Assembly (NCBI GenBank): GCA_964016885.1 | Contig: OZ024741.1 | Location: 339,450,001-339,514,000, forward strand | DNA: 64,000 bases | Reading direction: 5' to 3' | Origin: Eledone cirrhosa | Taxonomy: Eukaryota | In this document: piece by piece, positions 27,501 through 45,959 of the stretch | Layout: each line of letters opens with the position of its first letter | Numbering within the stretch: the first letter of the stretch is position 1 | Made by a program: the position numbers and the translations under genes | Notes under the pieces: model-generated | Told to the model about the DNA's origin: nothing | The model's input: only the letters and a program-made list of their open reading frames with translations | Databases searched by the model: none

Positions 27501-28049
27501 AAGGATTTGGCTGTGTAGGTATATGTTTGTATGTATCTATGTGTGTTGGATGTAGGCGGTTGGATGGGGAGGTGTGAGTGTGTGCGTGTGTACGTATGTG
27601 TGTATGTATGTGTGCGTGTGTGTACGCGTTTGAAAGCGTTGAAGACAAGTACTTACCTTGTTAGCAGAGCGTTAACATTTTCAGGTTTCACCTGAAGAGA
27701 AAAATTAAGGTGGAGAGGGAAATGCTACCTTCCAAGCAGTTTGTTGAAAGGTGGGTGACAGTAGGGAGCATGGCCCGAGTGATTTAACTTGCCCTCCGTA
27801 TGTGCCTGTAAATTGGAGGAGGACAACTGAGGGCATTTGCCCTAGCGGTCAGAGTGTCCGTGGATTTTTAAGGGCTTTTTTCCACAGATGACCCTTTTGA
27901 GGAATTTATGTTTGATGTTTTCAATGGTAATTTTTTTTAGTTTTTGTTATAAACAGCTTTTACACAAAAGCCCCACACTCTACTGTCCTATACCAGCTTT
28001 ATCGTCTGCTTAATACCAGCCCTCTGAACCTCAATCAGAAAACATTTGA

Positions 28050-28425
28050 CATTGCTTTGCAGCATAGAGTTACAGCCCTTTATGAATTGAGTTCAAATCC
28101 TGTCGAGGTTAACTTTGCCTTTCATCCTTACGGGGGTCGATAAAATAAAGTACCAGTCACGCACTGGGGTCAATTTAATCGACTTACCTCTCCCACAAAA
28201 TTGATGGCCTTGTGCCTATATAAGAAACCATTATTAGGGTAAAGGGCGGTGGATTGGCAGTATCGGTAGAGGGTCGGACACCATGCTTTGATGCAAAAAG
28301 TTACGGCCCTTTCCATTCTGAGTTCAAATCCCTCCGAGGTAAGCTTAGCCTTTCATCCTTATGGGGTCAATAAAATAAAGTACCAGTAATACACTGAGTC
28401 AATTTAATCAACTTTCTCCTCCCCC
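28050..28425 (+). mobile_element. Two adjacent SINE copies (first is 5'-truncated)
   Basis: Same head and core as 8008-8402. Confidence 0.78.
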
Positions 28426-28470
28426 CAAATAAATTATCTTTATTGTTATTAGTAATATTATTAATACTAA

Positions 28471-28550
28471 CTAGCAGAAAACCACCACGGGTGGTTTTTC
28501 TGCTATCATGTGTAGTGTGTATATTGATATTATACGCAAGTATATATACA
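28471..28550 (-). mobile_element. Helitron 3' end related to Helitron 2 (extent uncertain)
   Basis: a|ctagcagaaaaccaccacgggtggtttttctgcta..tagtgtgtatattgatatt matches 4728-4790. Confidence 0.6.
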
Positions 28551-28895
28551 TGTAGATATGATACGTCAAATAAAATCGTAATTGACAATATACACAGAAA
28601 TTGAAGGAAGTCTATGCCACACTGTCTTCTGTAATCAGTAATGTAATCCATGATACATTTTAAAAAAAGACGATATTATATATAAACTGCATTAGGAGAA
28701 AATTAGCGACGGAAATATATGCGATTATAAGTGTTACAATATGACAGCCGCTAACCGGAAGTGTTGACATTTGAAAATTTTAAAGAAGTGAATTTTAAAG
28801 GTCTTTAAATAAGCTATAAAATATATTTAATCAACAGCCACGAAATTTTGCACATAAATTATGTAATATTCATTCATTATTTATTTGGATTGGCA

Positions 28896-29272
28896 GGGCG
28901 GTGGATTGGCAGTATCGGTAGAGGGTCGGACGCCATGCTTTCCAGCATAGTTACGTCCCTTTACGATCTGAGTTCAAATCCCGCCGAGGTTGACTTTGCC
29001 TTTCATCCTTACGGGGTCGATAAAATAAAGTACCAGTAATGCACTGGGTAATTGCTGGCCTTGTGCCTAAAGTAGAAACAATTATTTATTTGGATTGGCA
29101 GTATCGGTAGAGGGTCGGACGCCATGCTTTCCAGCATAGTTACGTCCCTTTACGATCTGAGTTCAAATCCCGCCGAGGTTGACTCTGCCTTTCATCCTTA
29201 CGGGGTCGATAAAATAAACTACCAGTAATGCACTGGTAAATTGCTGGCCTTGTGCCAAAAGTAGAAACAATT
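28896..29272 (+). mobile_element. Near-identical tandem SINE pair
   Basis: 28896-29084 and 29090-29272 differ at only a few bases; attatttattt(ggattggcag) at the junctions. Confidence 0.85.
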
Positions 29273-30159
29273 ATTTATTCAAAGTAATCCAACTTATTTA
29301 AAAAAAATATATTCTGGACACAATCCCGCACTCCTTTCTTTATTATAGTTAAGATTATCTTTATTAGTATTGCTGTGTTTCTTTGGTGGTGTTGTTGCTG
29401 CTGCCTGGCTAGCAAATTTAACCTGACACCACTGCCTAGACATTCCAAATTCCAAACAATCCATTTGAGGCAGTTTGTCTCCCTACTTGCTTTGAATATC
29501 GTGTTGTCTGACTGGCTGTGTCTAATAGTGGACCTAACAACAACCCGACCCCCCAGTCCTTACACATCCATACCCATACACATGGCAGTGTCTGATAGTA
29601 GACACATGACCTACCAACAAACCTATCCAGTCCTCGCATACATACCCCCCCCCCCTCAAGCGTGACACTAATATTAACATTTGTACTGCCTCTTCGCTTC
29701 CACGTTTTTTTTGTTTTTTCTTTTCTGTTTACTGTCTCAACTTTAATATATATATATATACACATTCACAAGAAATACACAAGCATAGACACACACACAT
29801 GGATACGCACGGACACACAAAAAAGAGCGTACCAAGATACTCAAACACTTACATATGCACACAGCCACGCAAAAAGGGCCGGAGATTATATATATACCCA
29901 ACCATTAACCGATCACCTCAAACATACAATGTTTTTTGTTGAATCACTAAGTCTGATAAACAGTTCAATGCTGGAGTCAGGTCCATAGATTCCATAGGTG
30001 ACATTGAGGCAATCATTTGTGAAACGTGCATAACAGGCTGATAATGCCCCAAAACGTGCAAACGAAACATCATTGCATGTTCTTAATATATGCACTCTGC
30101 TTCTGCATTGAGTGTTCATATTGGTACCATCACCAGCAATCACTGAATCACCTATACTA

Positions 30160-30240
<81 letters not shown>

Positions 30241-30245
30241 TCTCA

Positions 30246-30277
<32 letters not shown>

Positions 30278-30469
30278 TATAAATATGAATATACAGATAT
30301 TTGTAAACACATAATATGAATATATAGCTATTTATATATACATACATATTCATATGTATATATAAGCATATTTATGTATACACACACACATATATATACA
30401 TATACATACATATATATATATTTATTAAAATAACAGATTAAAGTTTAAGCAAAGAATCGCTGCTTTCAC

Positions 30470-35900
<5,431 letters not shown>

Positions 35901-35974
35901 CATAGTTTCCATATGCATGTGTGTATGTACTTACGTATATATATGCGTTTATCTAATACGAAGCATTGTGTGAT

Positions 35975-36503
35975 ATGTAATAAACGACTGATAAGTTTCA
36001 AAAAGTTGGTACAATGTAGGAGAAATATGTCAAGGGCAAATGATGACAAATAAAACAAAACAAACTAATGTTTTACCTAGTAAACCTCAACAAGATATTC
36101 CAGGGCTAAAATTCTCTTTTCTAATCTGAAACGGAAATGATTTAAAAAAAAAACACAAAAAGATCGATGTGTTATTCCTTAACTGGTCTACATATCTGAA
36201 ATACGTATGCGTGGAGTCCTTATTATAGCCAATTTCTCGTGCATTTAGATTTCAAATGCATGAAGCAAATTGGTTACCATAACGGCTCCACGCATTGTAT
36301 TTCAGACACGTAGAGAAATTAGGGAATAACACATTGATCATTCGTTTATGTGTTTACCCGTTTCCTTTTCCTGAAAAGGGGGTTTTAGTCCTGAAATATA
36401 CTGGGTAATACATTACGTTGTTTTGTTTTATTTGTCATCCTTTGCCATTTATATATTTCTACCGTATTATACCGGTTTTAAAAACTTAGTAATTTATTAC
36501 ACA
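35975..36503. repeat. ~530-bp imperfect foldback palindrome
   Basis: Arms pair throughout, e.g. 36036-36063 with 36418-36446 and 36162-36182 with 36319-36339. Centre gcattt-agatttc-aaatgc at ~36250. Confidence 0.82.
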
Positions 36504-38595
36504 TACACATATATATGTTTATATATATACATGTATACACACAAACACACATATATAAATGCATAGTGTCTATATATGTGTGCCTGTATATAATATATAT
36601 ATGAAATCCATTAAGACTTAACAATCTGTTAATCGTTTGACAAGCCATTACTTATATATGTTTTGACAGAACAAAACCAGGAACTCTGATGGTGTGACTA
36701 CTGCACCAATTTATCAGCTGCGATATTTTTAACTAAGCAATAGAGACAGCCGACACATAAGCACGTGATACTGAGCTTCCCATTCCGGTAAATATCTGTC
36801 ACTTAGTTTTTCGATATAATAGTTACTTCCCTTTATTTACCGTTCGTTTGAATTGTTGTTGGCTTAAGTTATTATTTTAAAAAAAATAATTTCTGGGTTT
36901 TTTTTAAAGTATATATACATATATAAACCAAAATAATACGCCACGTGTTTTTTGTATATTTATTCGTATATCTGTTTGTAACTCTCTAAAATTTCCACAC
37001 ACACAATGTATTTTTTATGTCAGTCATGTTGCTACAATAAGAAGTTTGCTTTTCAATCACAAGATCCTGGGTTCGTCCCTATGAAGAGTTATTTCTCCGA
37101 AGTTACCCACACATTTAATCCTGTACGATATTTGTACATATATACTGATGTAATCACTTGGGCTATATATTTCTCTGTGTTATATGTATAGGGTTCCGTT
37201 TGAAAACACCATAAGTATAATATAATTTCCTTCGTTGGACAATTCTTTTCTTTTTTTTCATCCTTGGTGGTAGCAACGCGTGGTTGTGTGTGTTGCTGCT
37301 AACTCTTGCAGAACCCCTCTGTCCGAGAAATAAATCGAAAAAAAACCCCCAAAAAACAAAACTTTAATTCATATTTTATCAAAAGGCAAATTTCCCAGTT
37401 TATATTTCCTATTCATATACCCAGTAATCCTGGTATATATGGCGTTAATTCTAGACTGCTAAAATTGAATATGTTCAACGCTATTAGCACCACGAAAGGG
37501 TTAAGTAGTTACGAGAGTTTAAACAAAAAATTAAAATAAAGTATTTCTTGGTTTCATTTGGTATTTTAGTCAGCGTTGAGCTGCTTCATCTTCCAGATGA
37601 TGTTGATACATATTGTTAGAATTCCTTTATTAATTACCTCTTAAAACCCTGCGATTATTTAGTAAAAAAAAAAAAAAATGTAAATACATATTTGGTAATT
37701 CAAAGTTTATAGTATCTTTAATAGTTAACAGATTATTATAAAAATTACTTTAGTTTTTAATGTGATATAGACATATTGTTTTATACTTTTTAAGAATGTC
37801 TTGGCAATGCGGTTTCATGTGGTACAGGACGTTGAGTTAAAGGGCATGGTTAAAATACAAAAATGTATACTCGATCGATCGACAAAACCCTAGACCTTAT
37901 TCGTCTAATCGGACCAAGGAAACGGTGCTTCCATTGGTCTTTCCTCATTTATTCTCTTACTTGTTTCAGTTATTAAAGTGCGGCCATGCTGGAGAACTGA
38001 TTTGATTTTAGTCGATCACATCGACCCCAATCGAACATTTTACACAAGGCAATCGATTTGGCAGAGCCGTTAGATAGTTGATTATATGCTCCGTGCCTCT
38101 GTGTTCTAAGTTCAAATCCTGCCGAGGTCGACATTGCTTTTCATCCTTTCGATGTTGATAAAAAAAGTACCAGAGCAGGGTTGGTACAGCCCTCTGTATC
38201 TCGCTCCATCTCCCCCCCTCTCTCTCTCTCTCTCTCTCCCGTTCTAGCTGAAACATCATGGATGTATAGAGGGAGGAACGGAGGGTTGAGTGGATGTCGG
38301 TGTCTGCTAACAACTGCATGGGCACTTAAAAATCTTAGTGAAAGCATGGTAAATATTACCAAGTCATACTCGATTGCGAGTGGTGGTTGTAGTTTAGATT
38401 TTTTTTCTTTACATAACATTTATTTCCAAAGTTTTACTCAACCTTCCATAATGCAAAATAAGAATCAGTTAGTGAGTTATTTCCCTTGGCAAAAGCAGTT
38501 GTCTTTCTCTAGTTGCTTCCCTTATAAAATTTATTTCGTTTACCCTAGGAGGCTTTTTATACGGATATAGATTCTTTGTAAACTTGAGCGCGCGT

Positions 38596-38651
<56 letters not shown>

Positions 38652-38714
38652 GTATGTAGTTGACGGAGGAAAGAAAAGAGTGCTCAATGTCGAAGTAGAG
38701 TTTAACTATTCATT

Positions 38715-38840
38715 TATTATCGCTAAGTAGTGAGTCTTGTTTCTCTGAAGTTTCACCTGCGGATTCACAGGATCACCAGTCTGATGTTCATGTGAGTACG
38801 TAGATGAAACTGCAGAGTAACAAGACTCACTACTTCGCCG

Positions 38841-38845
<5 letters not shown>
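38715..38845. repeat. ~130-bp inverted repeat (MITE-like)
   Basis: aagtagtgagtcttgtttctctgaagtttca / tgaaactgcagagtaacaagactcactactt. Confidence 0.8.
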
Positions 38846-38896
<51 letters not shown>

Positions 38897-39040
38897 AGGG
38901 AGTGTAGCGTGGAGTTACTGTAGGTTCCGGGTGAGCACTCGATGTGTAGGTTCACTTCTGTGTCGAGGTGTAGAGCTAAACAGAGTGTATTATAATAAAA
39001 TAAAACAAGGACGAGTTGTTACTCCTTCATTATGTTTATT

Positions 39041-39130
39041 GGTTGGTGACGCGCGTTTCACCACTGATCAGCTCAAGGTTCGATCTGTATCGATCTAGCC
39101 CGACTCTGTAATCCACGGCTCGTCAGAATC
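39041..39130 (-). ncRNA. Degenerate Penelope-type hammerhead ribozyme
   Basis: Minus strand CUGACGA-GCCG..UGGU-GAAAC-GCGC-GUC, with the palindromic stem III typical of Penelope HHRs and AATAAA just downstream. Stem I pairs poorly. Confidence 0.6.
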
Positions 39131-39587
39131 TTTTTTTTGCCGGCAATAGTTCTGTATATTCAGCTTCTGATTATTACTGGAATTCTATAAGAATCCAGCT
39201 TCTATAATTTTCGGCGAAGGCAGGGGAGTACACCCTACACACACACACGTCAGACTTTCTTTCCCCTTTTCCATATAAAGCGTAAAACTAATAAGACTTT
39301 TTGTACTTCTGTTTTGTCGTTTCCTTGATCTCTCTATATATAATTAGCAGGCCAAAATGTGTTGACTTTATAAATTCAAAGGGAGAGCCTTGTCACGTAC
39401 TGTGTCGCGGTGAATCTCACTGAAGAGTGTTGAATGCTCAGCCCCTTGCAATTTAATTTTGAACGCAGACTGTTCCTTTGTTCGAACACCACGTGAAACA
39501 CAAGTTGTCAGAACCGTTAACGTACACGTTTTGTTTCTAAATATTTTTAAATCAAGAAGTGTGTGTGTGTGTGTGTGTGCGTGTGTG

Positions 39588-39620
<33 letters not shown>

Positions 39621-39804
39621 TAAGCAGAGGTCATGTATATCATCTGAAGAACCACAAGGAATCCCGCAATCGAGTGGCTTATATGCCCTATCTCTTGTAG
39701 TAGTATCCTGAAATGGGCGTAATAATTTGCATATAATTTGCGCTCATGCTGGTTGTTCTTTAAGACATTTTTTTAGGTTGTGCGTTAAGCTTATTTGATA
39801 AAGT

Positions 39805-39867
<63 letters not shown>

Positions 39868-40142
39868 ATTAACAAAGACAACAAGACACTGAATGAAGAC
39901 AAGGTAAAAAGAAAAACAATATTTTGAAAATACAAATACAAACGAAAAACACTTGAAGTCCAGAGTCTTCAGCCGTTGAGGTAGACTGTAGCAGTTTCGA
40001 CCAACGGTACTGTTGGGTCAAACAGGGTCACAGCGTCTGACACAAGCTAAAATGCTGTCCATGGAGTAAGAGACAAAATAAAACAATAATTTATACCAAT
40101 TAAGGTATAACATGTATACATATCTCCCCCAATAATCTCAAT

Positions 40143-40196
<54 letters not shown>

Positions 40197-40412
40197 AAAA
40201 ATGCTTCCCTGTAAATAAAACAAAATGATAAACAACTTTAATTAATTTTCAAACCTAGTTGGGTTATCATAACCCCCCCCCCCCCCCGAATGTTTAAATG
40301 TTTATATATACTAAAAATGTGTTAATTTACAGTGTTGGTTACTTCTATTCTGTGCATATTGAAAATCAAAATCCTTTGAAGGGGTTTATCATTTTTTTCA
40401 GTTTACAGGGAA

Positions 40413-40464
<52 letters not shown>

Positions 40465-41269
40465 ATATATATATATATATGTATATGTGTGTGTGTAAAC
40501 ACATACACTCTCACACATATATATTCCTTTATTCATGATGGAGTTGTAGACTATCTCAGGTGTTTGAAACTTAACAGAGACCATCGCTCTCCAGATCGGA
40601 AAACAGCTTTCTTGCAGATAGAGGAAGGGGTAGATATAAAGTAAGAATCTCCCCCAAAACTTTTATTTATTGTTCCCGAAGTGGGATTTGAACTCAATGT
40701 TGAGAGCCGGAATAAATACCATAAAGGATTCCTATCACTTCAGCACCTCATAATCATGGGTTAATTCCCCTGAAAGCATTAAATCTTGCAACGATTACCT
40801 CCCTTATTATTAAACATGTGGACACTGAAAGCATGGCAGAACATTTTTTTTTTTTTTTTTTGCGTTCTGCCAGTTCCTTCAATTTTACAGAACTTGTAGT
40901 TTCATTCAAAGGTAATGAAACAGTACTAGTCCTGTTGTCATTTCTATTTAAAGACACACACACACACACATATATATATGTGAGAGGAAAAAATAATATC
41001 CGTTTATATAGACAAATTCACATTAGTATAAATGAATATGTGAAACAAAAAAATGGAAGAGGCAGTTTATCTGTTAATTGTACTCAACATGGCCTGTGGA
41101 GTTTTGCAACATGAGTATCTTGATGATATGAGATGTGTCATCGAGTATGATGCATAGTTTCCAAGGAGATTTCACGGAATAATTTAAGTAAGGTACGAGG
41201 AAAAAACTTGGCAAAATCTCCACTCTGTCTCAATGTTCTCAGTTTGCTCAAGGAGTTCTCTGAATTTGG

Positions 41270-41878
41270 ATGCAATAGTACCTGCATATTTGGTCCAGAC
41301 TTCCTTATCCACCAATGCTTCCCACTTTATCCTGTACGTAGTCTCAAGTTGCAGATAACTAGATGGTGATCAGTTGACAGCTCAGTCCATTTCTTAACAC
41401 GAACATTCAATATAGAATCAAAGATATCAGAGAAAATAACAAAATCAATCATTGATCTCTGTTCCAGATTCCCCTTATACCATGTATATTTATGGATGCC
41501 TTTGTGCTGAAAGAAGGTGATCATAATAGAGAGTCCTTTGCTAGAACAGAAGTCTAGTAAGGTCTCTCCATTCATATTTAGATCGGAGTCACCATTCCTT
41601 CCAATCACTCCTTTCCATATCAGGTAGTCAGTGCCAAAATGTGCATTGAAGTCTCCCATCAGGATATATGACTCAGTCTTAACTACATCTAATGCTGCAG
41701 TGAATTCATCAAGGAAGGGCTTGTATTCGGACTCCTTGTTTGTTGCGTAAACTTGCACCAACCACAGAGATCTATCTTTCAGCCTAATCTTCAAGAGGTA
41801 AATCCTCCCTCCTAACTGGATCTAGTCCATAACACATTCTGACACCAAGGGGCTTTTGAGTATCCCCACTCCAGCCTG
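41270..41878 (-). mobile_element. LINE apurinic-like endonuclease fragment (RTE-like)
   Basis: VQVYA, MGDFNAH, HKYTW, SMIDFV and STDHHLV motifs in ORF 41327-41794. Confidence 0.9.
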
Positions 41879-42514
41879 TTAACGTGGGTTCACAATGGGA
41901 GGTGTGAGATGGACGCACAAAGATTGCGTATCCCGAGTTCCCCTGAAGCAGGTAGAGAAATATTGGATAAACATTTTAAAACAATTTTGTACCGTAGAAC
42001 CAAGAGTAGTTCCAAACACCAACTTAACAATGAGAAAGTTAGTTTTATTACTAAATTTCGTCAAATTCTTTATTATCTTTAGTGTCTTGAAATGTACAGG
42101 TAGTGTTTTTAAAAACAAATATGGTAACAAAAGGTTTGTAGTTACTATAACTTCGTTATAGTAACTAATCCGTATACATTTCTCTTTATGTGATTTTAAA
42201 ATCATAGGCCGTGTATTTTATTAGAAATACAATAAAAGTGTTGAGAAAACTAGAAAAATAAATAGATTATTAAACGACTACTGATTTGTGAAAGGGGAGG
42301 CTACTTTTCAAATTTGTATTGTTTAAAATGAAAATTGCTTTCTAGGCGCGCAGTGGTTTTTTTTTTACTGGTTTCAGTCATTAGACAGCGGCCATACTAG
42401 AGTATCCCCATGATTCAGTCAACTCCAGTGCTATCTTTTTTTCCAGTTTGGTATTTATTTTACCGGCCCCTTTTTACTGAAATGCTAATTTATAAGACTT
42501 AAACACAGACGCAA

Positions 42515-42557
<43 letters not shown>

Positions 42558-42869
42558 CGCGTTTTTGTATTTTTGGCTACCAAAGTTTAGTGGCAAGGCA
42601 TTGGTCAGCTTGACGCTATAGTAGCAGCCATGCTGCAGAACCGAATCCAGAACCACGTCCTTGCAAAAGACTCTCCTAAATTCCTCGCTTGATTCAACAT
42701 CACCTGGACCTTGGATGTCTTTAGCAAAGTCCATTCGCATCCAAGCATTTGGTCCTGATCTCCAGTCTAGGGTTAGGTCCCCCTTCCTCCCAGCAGTTTC
42801 GAAGGACCTGTAAAATGGCAGGAAACATTGCTCTTCCTGTCTTGATTAAGCAGCAAAAATATTAATAAT

Positions 42870-43082
42870 GGTTTATGATTTAGGTACAAGTTCAAAGATT
42901 TTAAAGAAGAAAATCGATTCAATCGACCCCAGTATGTAACTGGTATTTTATTTTGTCAACCCATAAGAATGAAAGGCAAAACTAACTTCTGCGGGATTTG
43001 AACTCAGAACATAAACGGATGTAACTCTATGCCACAAAGTACGTTGTCTGACTCTGTACCGATACTGCCAGTCCACAGCCCT
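42870..43082 (-). mobile_element. SINE copy
   Basis: Reverse complement of the same family, diverged. Confidence 0.72.
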
Positions 43083-43675
43083 CACCTAACATATTAATAA
43101 TAATATAATTAATAAGTTCAGCAAATCCTGTTAACTTCTTCATTAATTAGTTTAGAATAAAGTGTCTTTCATTAGACATCTGGTCACAAAAGACTTAATG
43201 ATGTTAGACCAAGAAGATATCACAAGTGTACAGCATCAAACGTCCATTTTCAGAATTGCATTCTACCTTCACCATTACCACCACCAACATCACCATCACC
43301 ACCAACACTGCTATGCCACTAACATCACCATTGCCACTAACACTACCATCAATACCAACATCACCATCACCACCATTAACATGACTATCACGACCAGCAT
43401 CATCACTATCACAACCATCACCGCTACCAACCATAAACACCATCACCACCATCATCACAAACACTGTTATCACTGCCATCACCACCAACACTGCTTATCA
43501 CCACCAACACCACTGTCAACACTATCACCTTCATCAATACCATCACCACTATCAATGCCAACACTGCCATCACCACCATCATCACCAACATAGCCATCAC
43601 TACTACCAATACCATCACCATCATTACCACCATCACTGCCATCAAAACCATCACCAACACTGCCATAACCACCAT

Positions 43676-44470
43676 CATGGAGAGAAATGAAGTGACCATG
43701 CTTCGATGGATGTGCAATGTTAATGTGCGTGAACATTAAAGAATGGATAAACTGAGGAACAAACTGTGTATGAGAAGAATCTGATGTACAAGAGAGAAGA
43801 CAGTGCTGGTATGGACATGTTTGCTGGCTGAAGAGGTGCCAAGAAATCCTAGTGGAAGGAAGCTGCAGTAGAGGAAGACCAAGGAAAACCTGGATGGACC
43901 TGTTTGCTGGCTGAAGAGGTGCCAAGAAATCCTAGTGGAAGGAAGCTGCAGTAGAGGAAGACCAAGGAAAACCTGGATGGACCTGATTGCTGGCTGAAGA
44001 GGTGCCAAGAAATCCCAGTGGAAGGAAGCTGCAGTAGAGGAAGACCAAGGAAAACCTGGATGGACCTGTTTGCTGGCTGAAAAGGTGCTCAGAAATCCTA
44101 GTGGAAGGAAGCTGCAGTAGAGGAAGACCAAGGAAAACCTGGATGGACCTGTTTGCTGGCTGAAAAGGTGCTCAGAAATCCTAGTGGAAGGAAGCTGCAG
44201 TAGAGGAAGACCAAGGAAAACCTGGATGGACCTGATTGCTGGTTGAAGAGGTGCCCAGAAATCCCAGTGGAAGGAAGCTGCAGTAGAGGAAGACCAAGGA
44301 AGATCTAGATGGACCTGTTTTCTGGCTGAAGAGGTGCCCAGAAATCCCAGTGGAAGGAAGCTGCAGTAGAGGAAGACCAAGGAAAACCTAGATGGACATG
44401 ATTGCTGGCTAAATACACATCAAAATCCATCCACTAGCAGGTGTAAATGATGATGATGATGATGATGATA
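43676..44470 (+). mobile_element. RTE LINE 3' fragment with internal 83-bp tandem array
   Basis: MLRWMC..WYGHV, then 7 full copies of an 83-bp unit (43823-44403) encoding KRCQEILVEGSCSRGRPRKTWMD, then a (GAT)n tail. Confidence 0.85.
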
Positions 44471-44867
44471 TACAATGGACTCGTGCTGTTTCTATCTAAA
44501 AAAGGTCCAGTCGTAAGGAATTGGTCAACCTCAGGCTATAGTAGAAAGAACTTACTGAAGGGGCTATGTAACATAACTGACGCCAGAACTATGTGATTGC
44601 AAAGCAAACTCCTTCATTACATTGCCGTCTGCTTCATATGATGGAAATTATTAGTATTCATTAACCACATAGCCATCTTCTTCATAAGATGGAAAATATT
44701 AGTTTTCATTAAAGTTACATTAAATAAATTCCTCTAGGAATACCACAAATTTCACTTTGATTTCACATTGAAGGAAAAACATACATACAACTGGTTTTAT
44801 TAAAATATTAGCTTCAAACATATGTATGTCTGTATGTATAGGTATGTGTGTAATGTTATTTGTATAA

Positions 44868-44929
<62 letters not shown>

Positions 44930-45329
44930 GTATGTGTGTGTGTGTGTGTGTATGAATATATATATATATCATCATCACTGTTTAGCATCCATATTTCCAT
45001 GTTTACATGGCTTAGATGGGCTGTCCATGTTGGGAGACAAGCCTGGCCAGAATTGGCCACACCATACCTAGCCCCGATGGGACTGTAAATTTGGCCGGGA
45101 ATTTTACAACTGGATGCCCTTCCTATCACCAACCACATTTATAGTATGAAACACCATTTTGAAGAAGCACAAGCCAGATGGCTGCGCTGAACCTGTCTCA
45201 CAGTGCAACCAATGGTTTTGGAGCCCAGAACTAGATAGCATCACTATGAGGAAGGGAAGGCCAATTGGCCGCACTAGACCCTTCTCTCAATGGAATCCAT
45301 AGATTTGGAGCCTGGTACTGGATGGCACT

Positions 45330-45708
45330 TCTTCACCCATCGGTCATCCTCCAATGCGCATCACATGTCCATACCACCTCAGTCTCCTCTCTCACACACT
45401 ACATTCTATCCCTCTCAGACACAGTTTCTCTCTCAACACATTCATGCTGGGTCGTGAACGTACATTGACACTGCACATCCAACGGAGCATGCTTGCCTCA
45501 TTTCTCTCCAGCCGTCGCATATCCTCTGCAGTTGCTGCCCATGTCTCACTACCATGAAGCATCGCGCTCCTCACACAGACATCATATAACCGGCCTTTCG
45601 TAGACAGGGAGAAACCCTTCTTCGTCAGCAGAGGAAGCAGCTCCCGAAACTTCTTCCAACCCGTCCTTATTCTAGATACTATGACCTCGGAACACCCCCC
45701 TCCCATGC
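45330..45708 (-). mobile_element. RTE LINE fragment (tail at ~44970-45140)
   Basis: GGGCSE..RIRTGWKKFRELLPLL..HGSETWA..RRLERNEASMLRWMC. Confidence 0.88.
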
Positions 45709-45959
45709 TATATGTATGTATATCTTATATATATATATACACACCTATGTATATATTAATGAAATAAGGTGTGTGTGAGACTATATGTGTGTATCTGTGC
45801 TAATTACATAATATTTTATTAAAGTGTCACCCTCTACCAGTCACACATACTATGGAAATCATTTTAGATTTAATTAAATTTAATTAAATTTAATTAAATT
45901 TATGGAATATGACAGAATAAAAATGTAATGATTGGCCATGGAATCTCTTGGGCTGCTCT

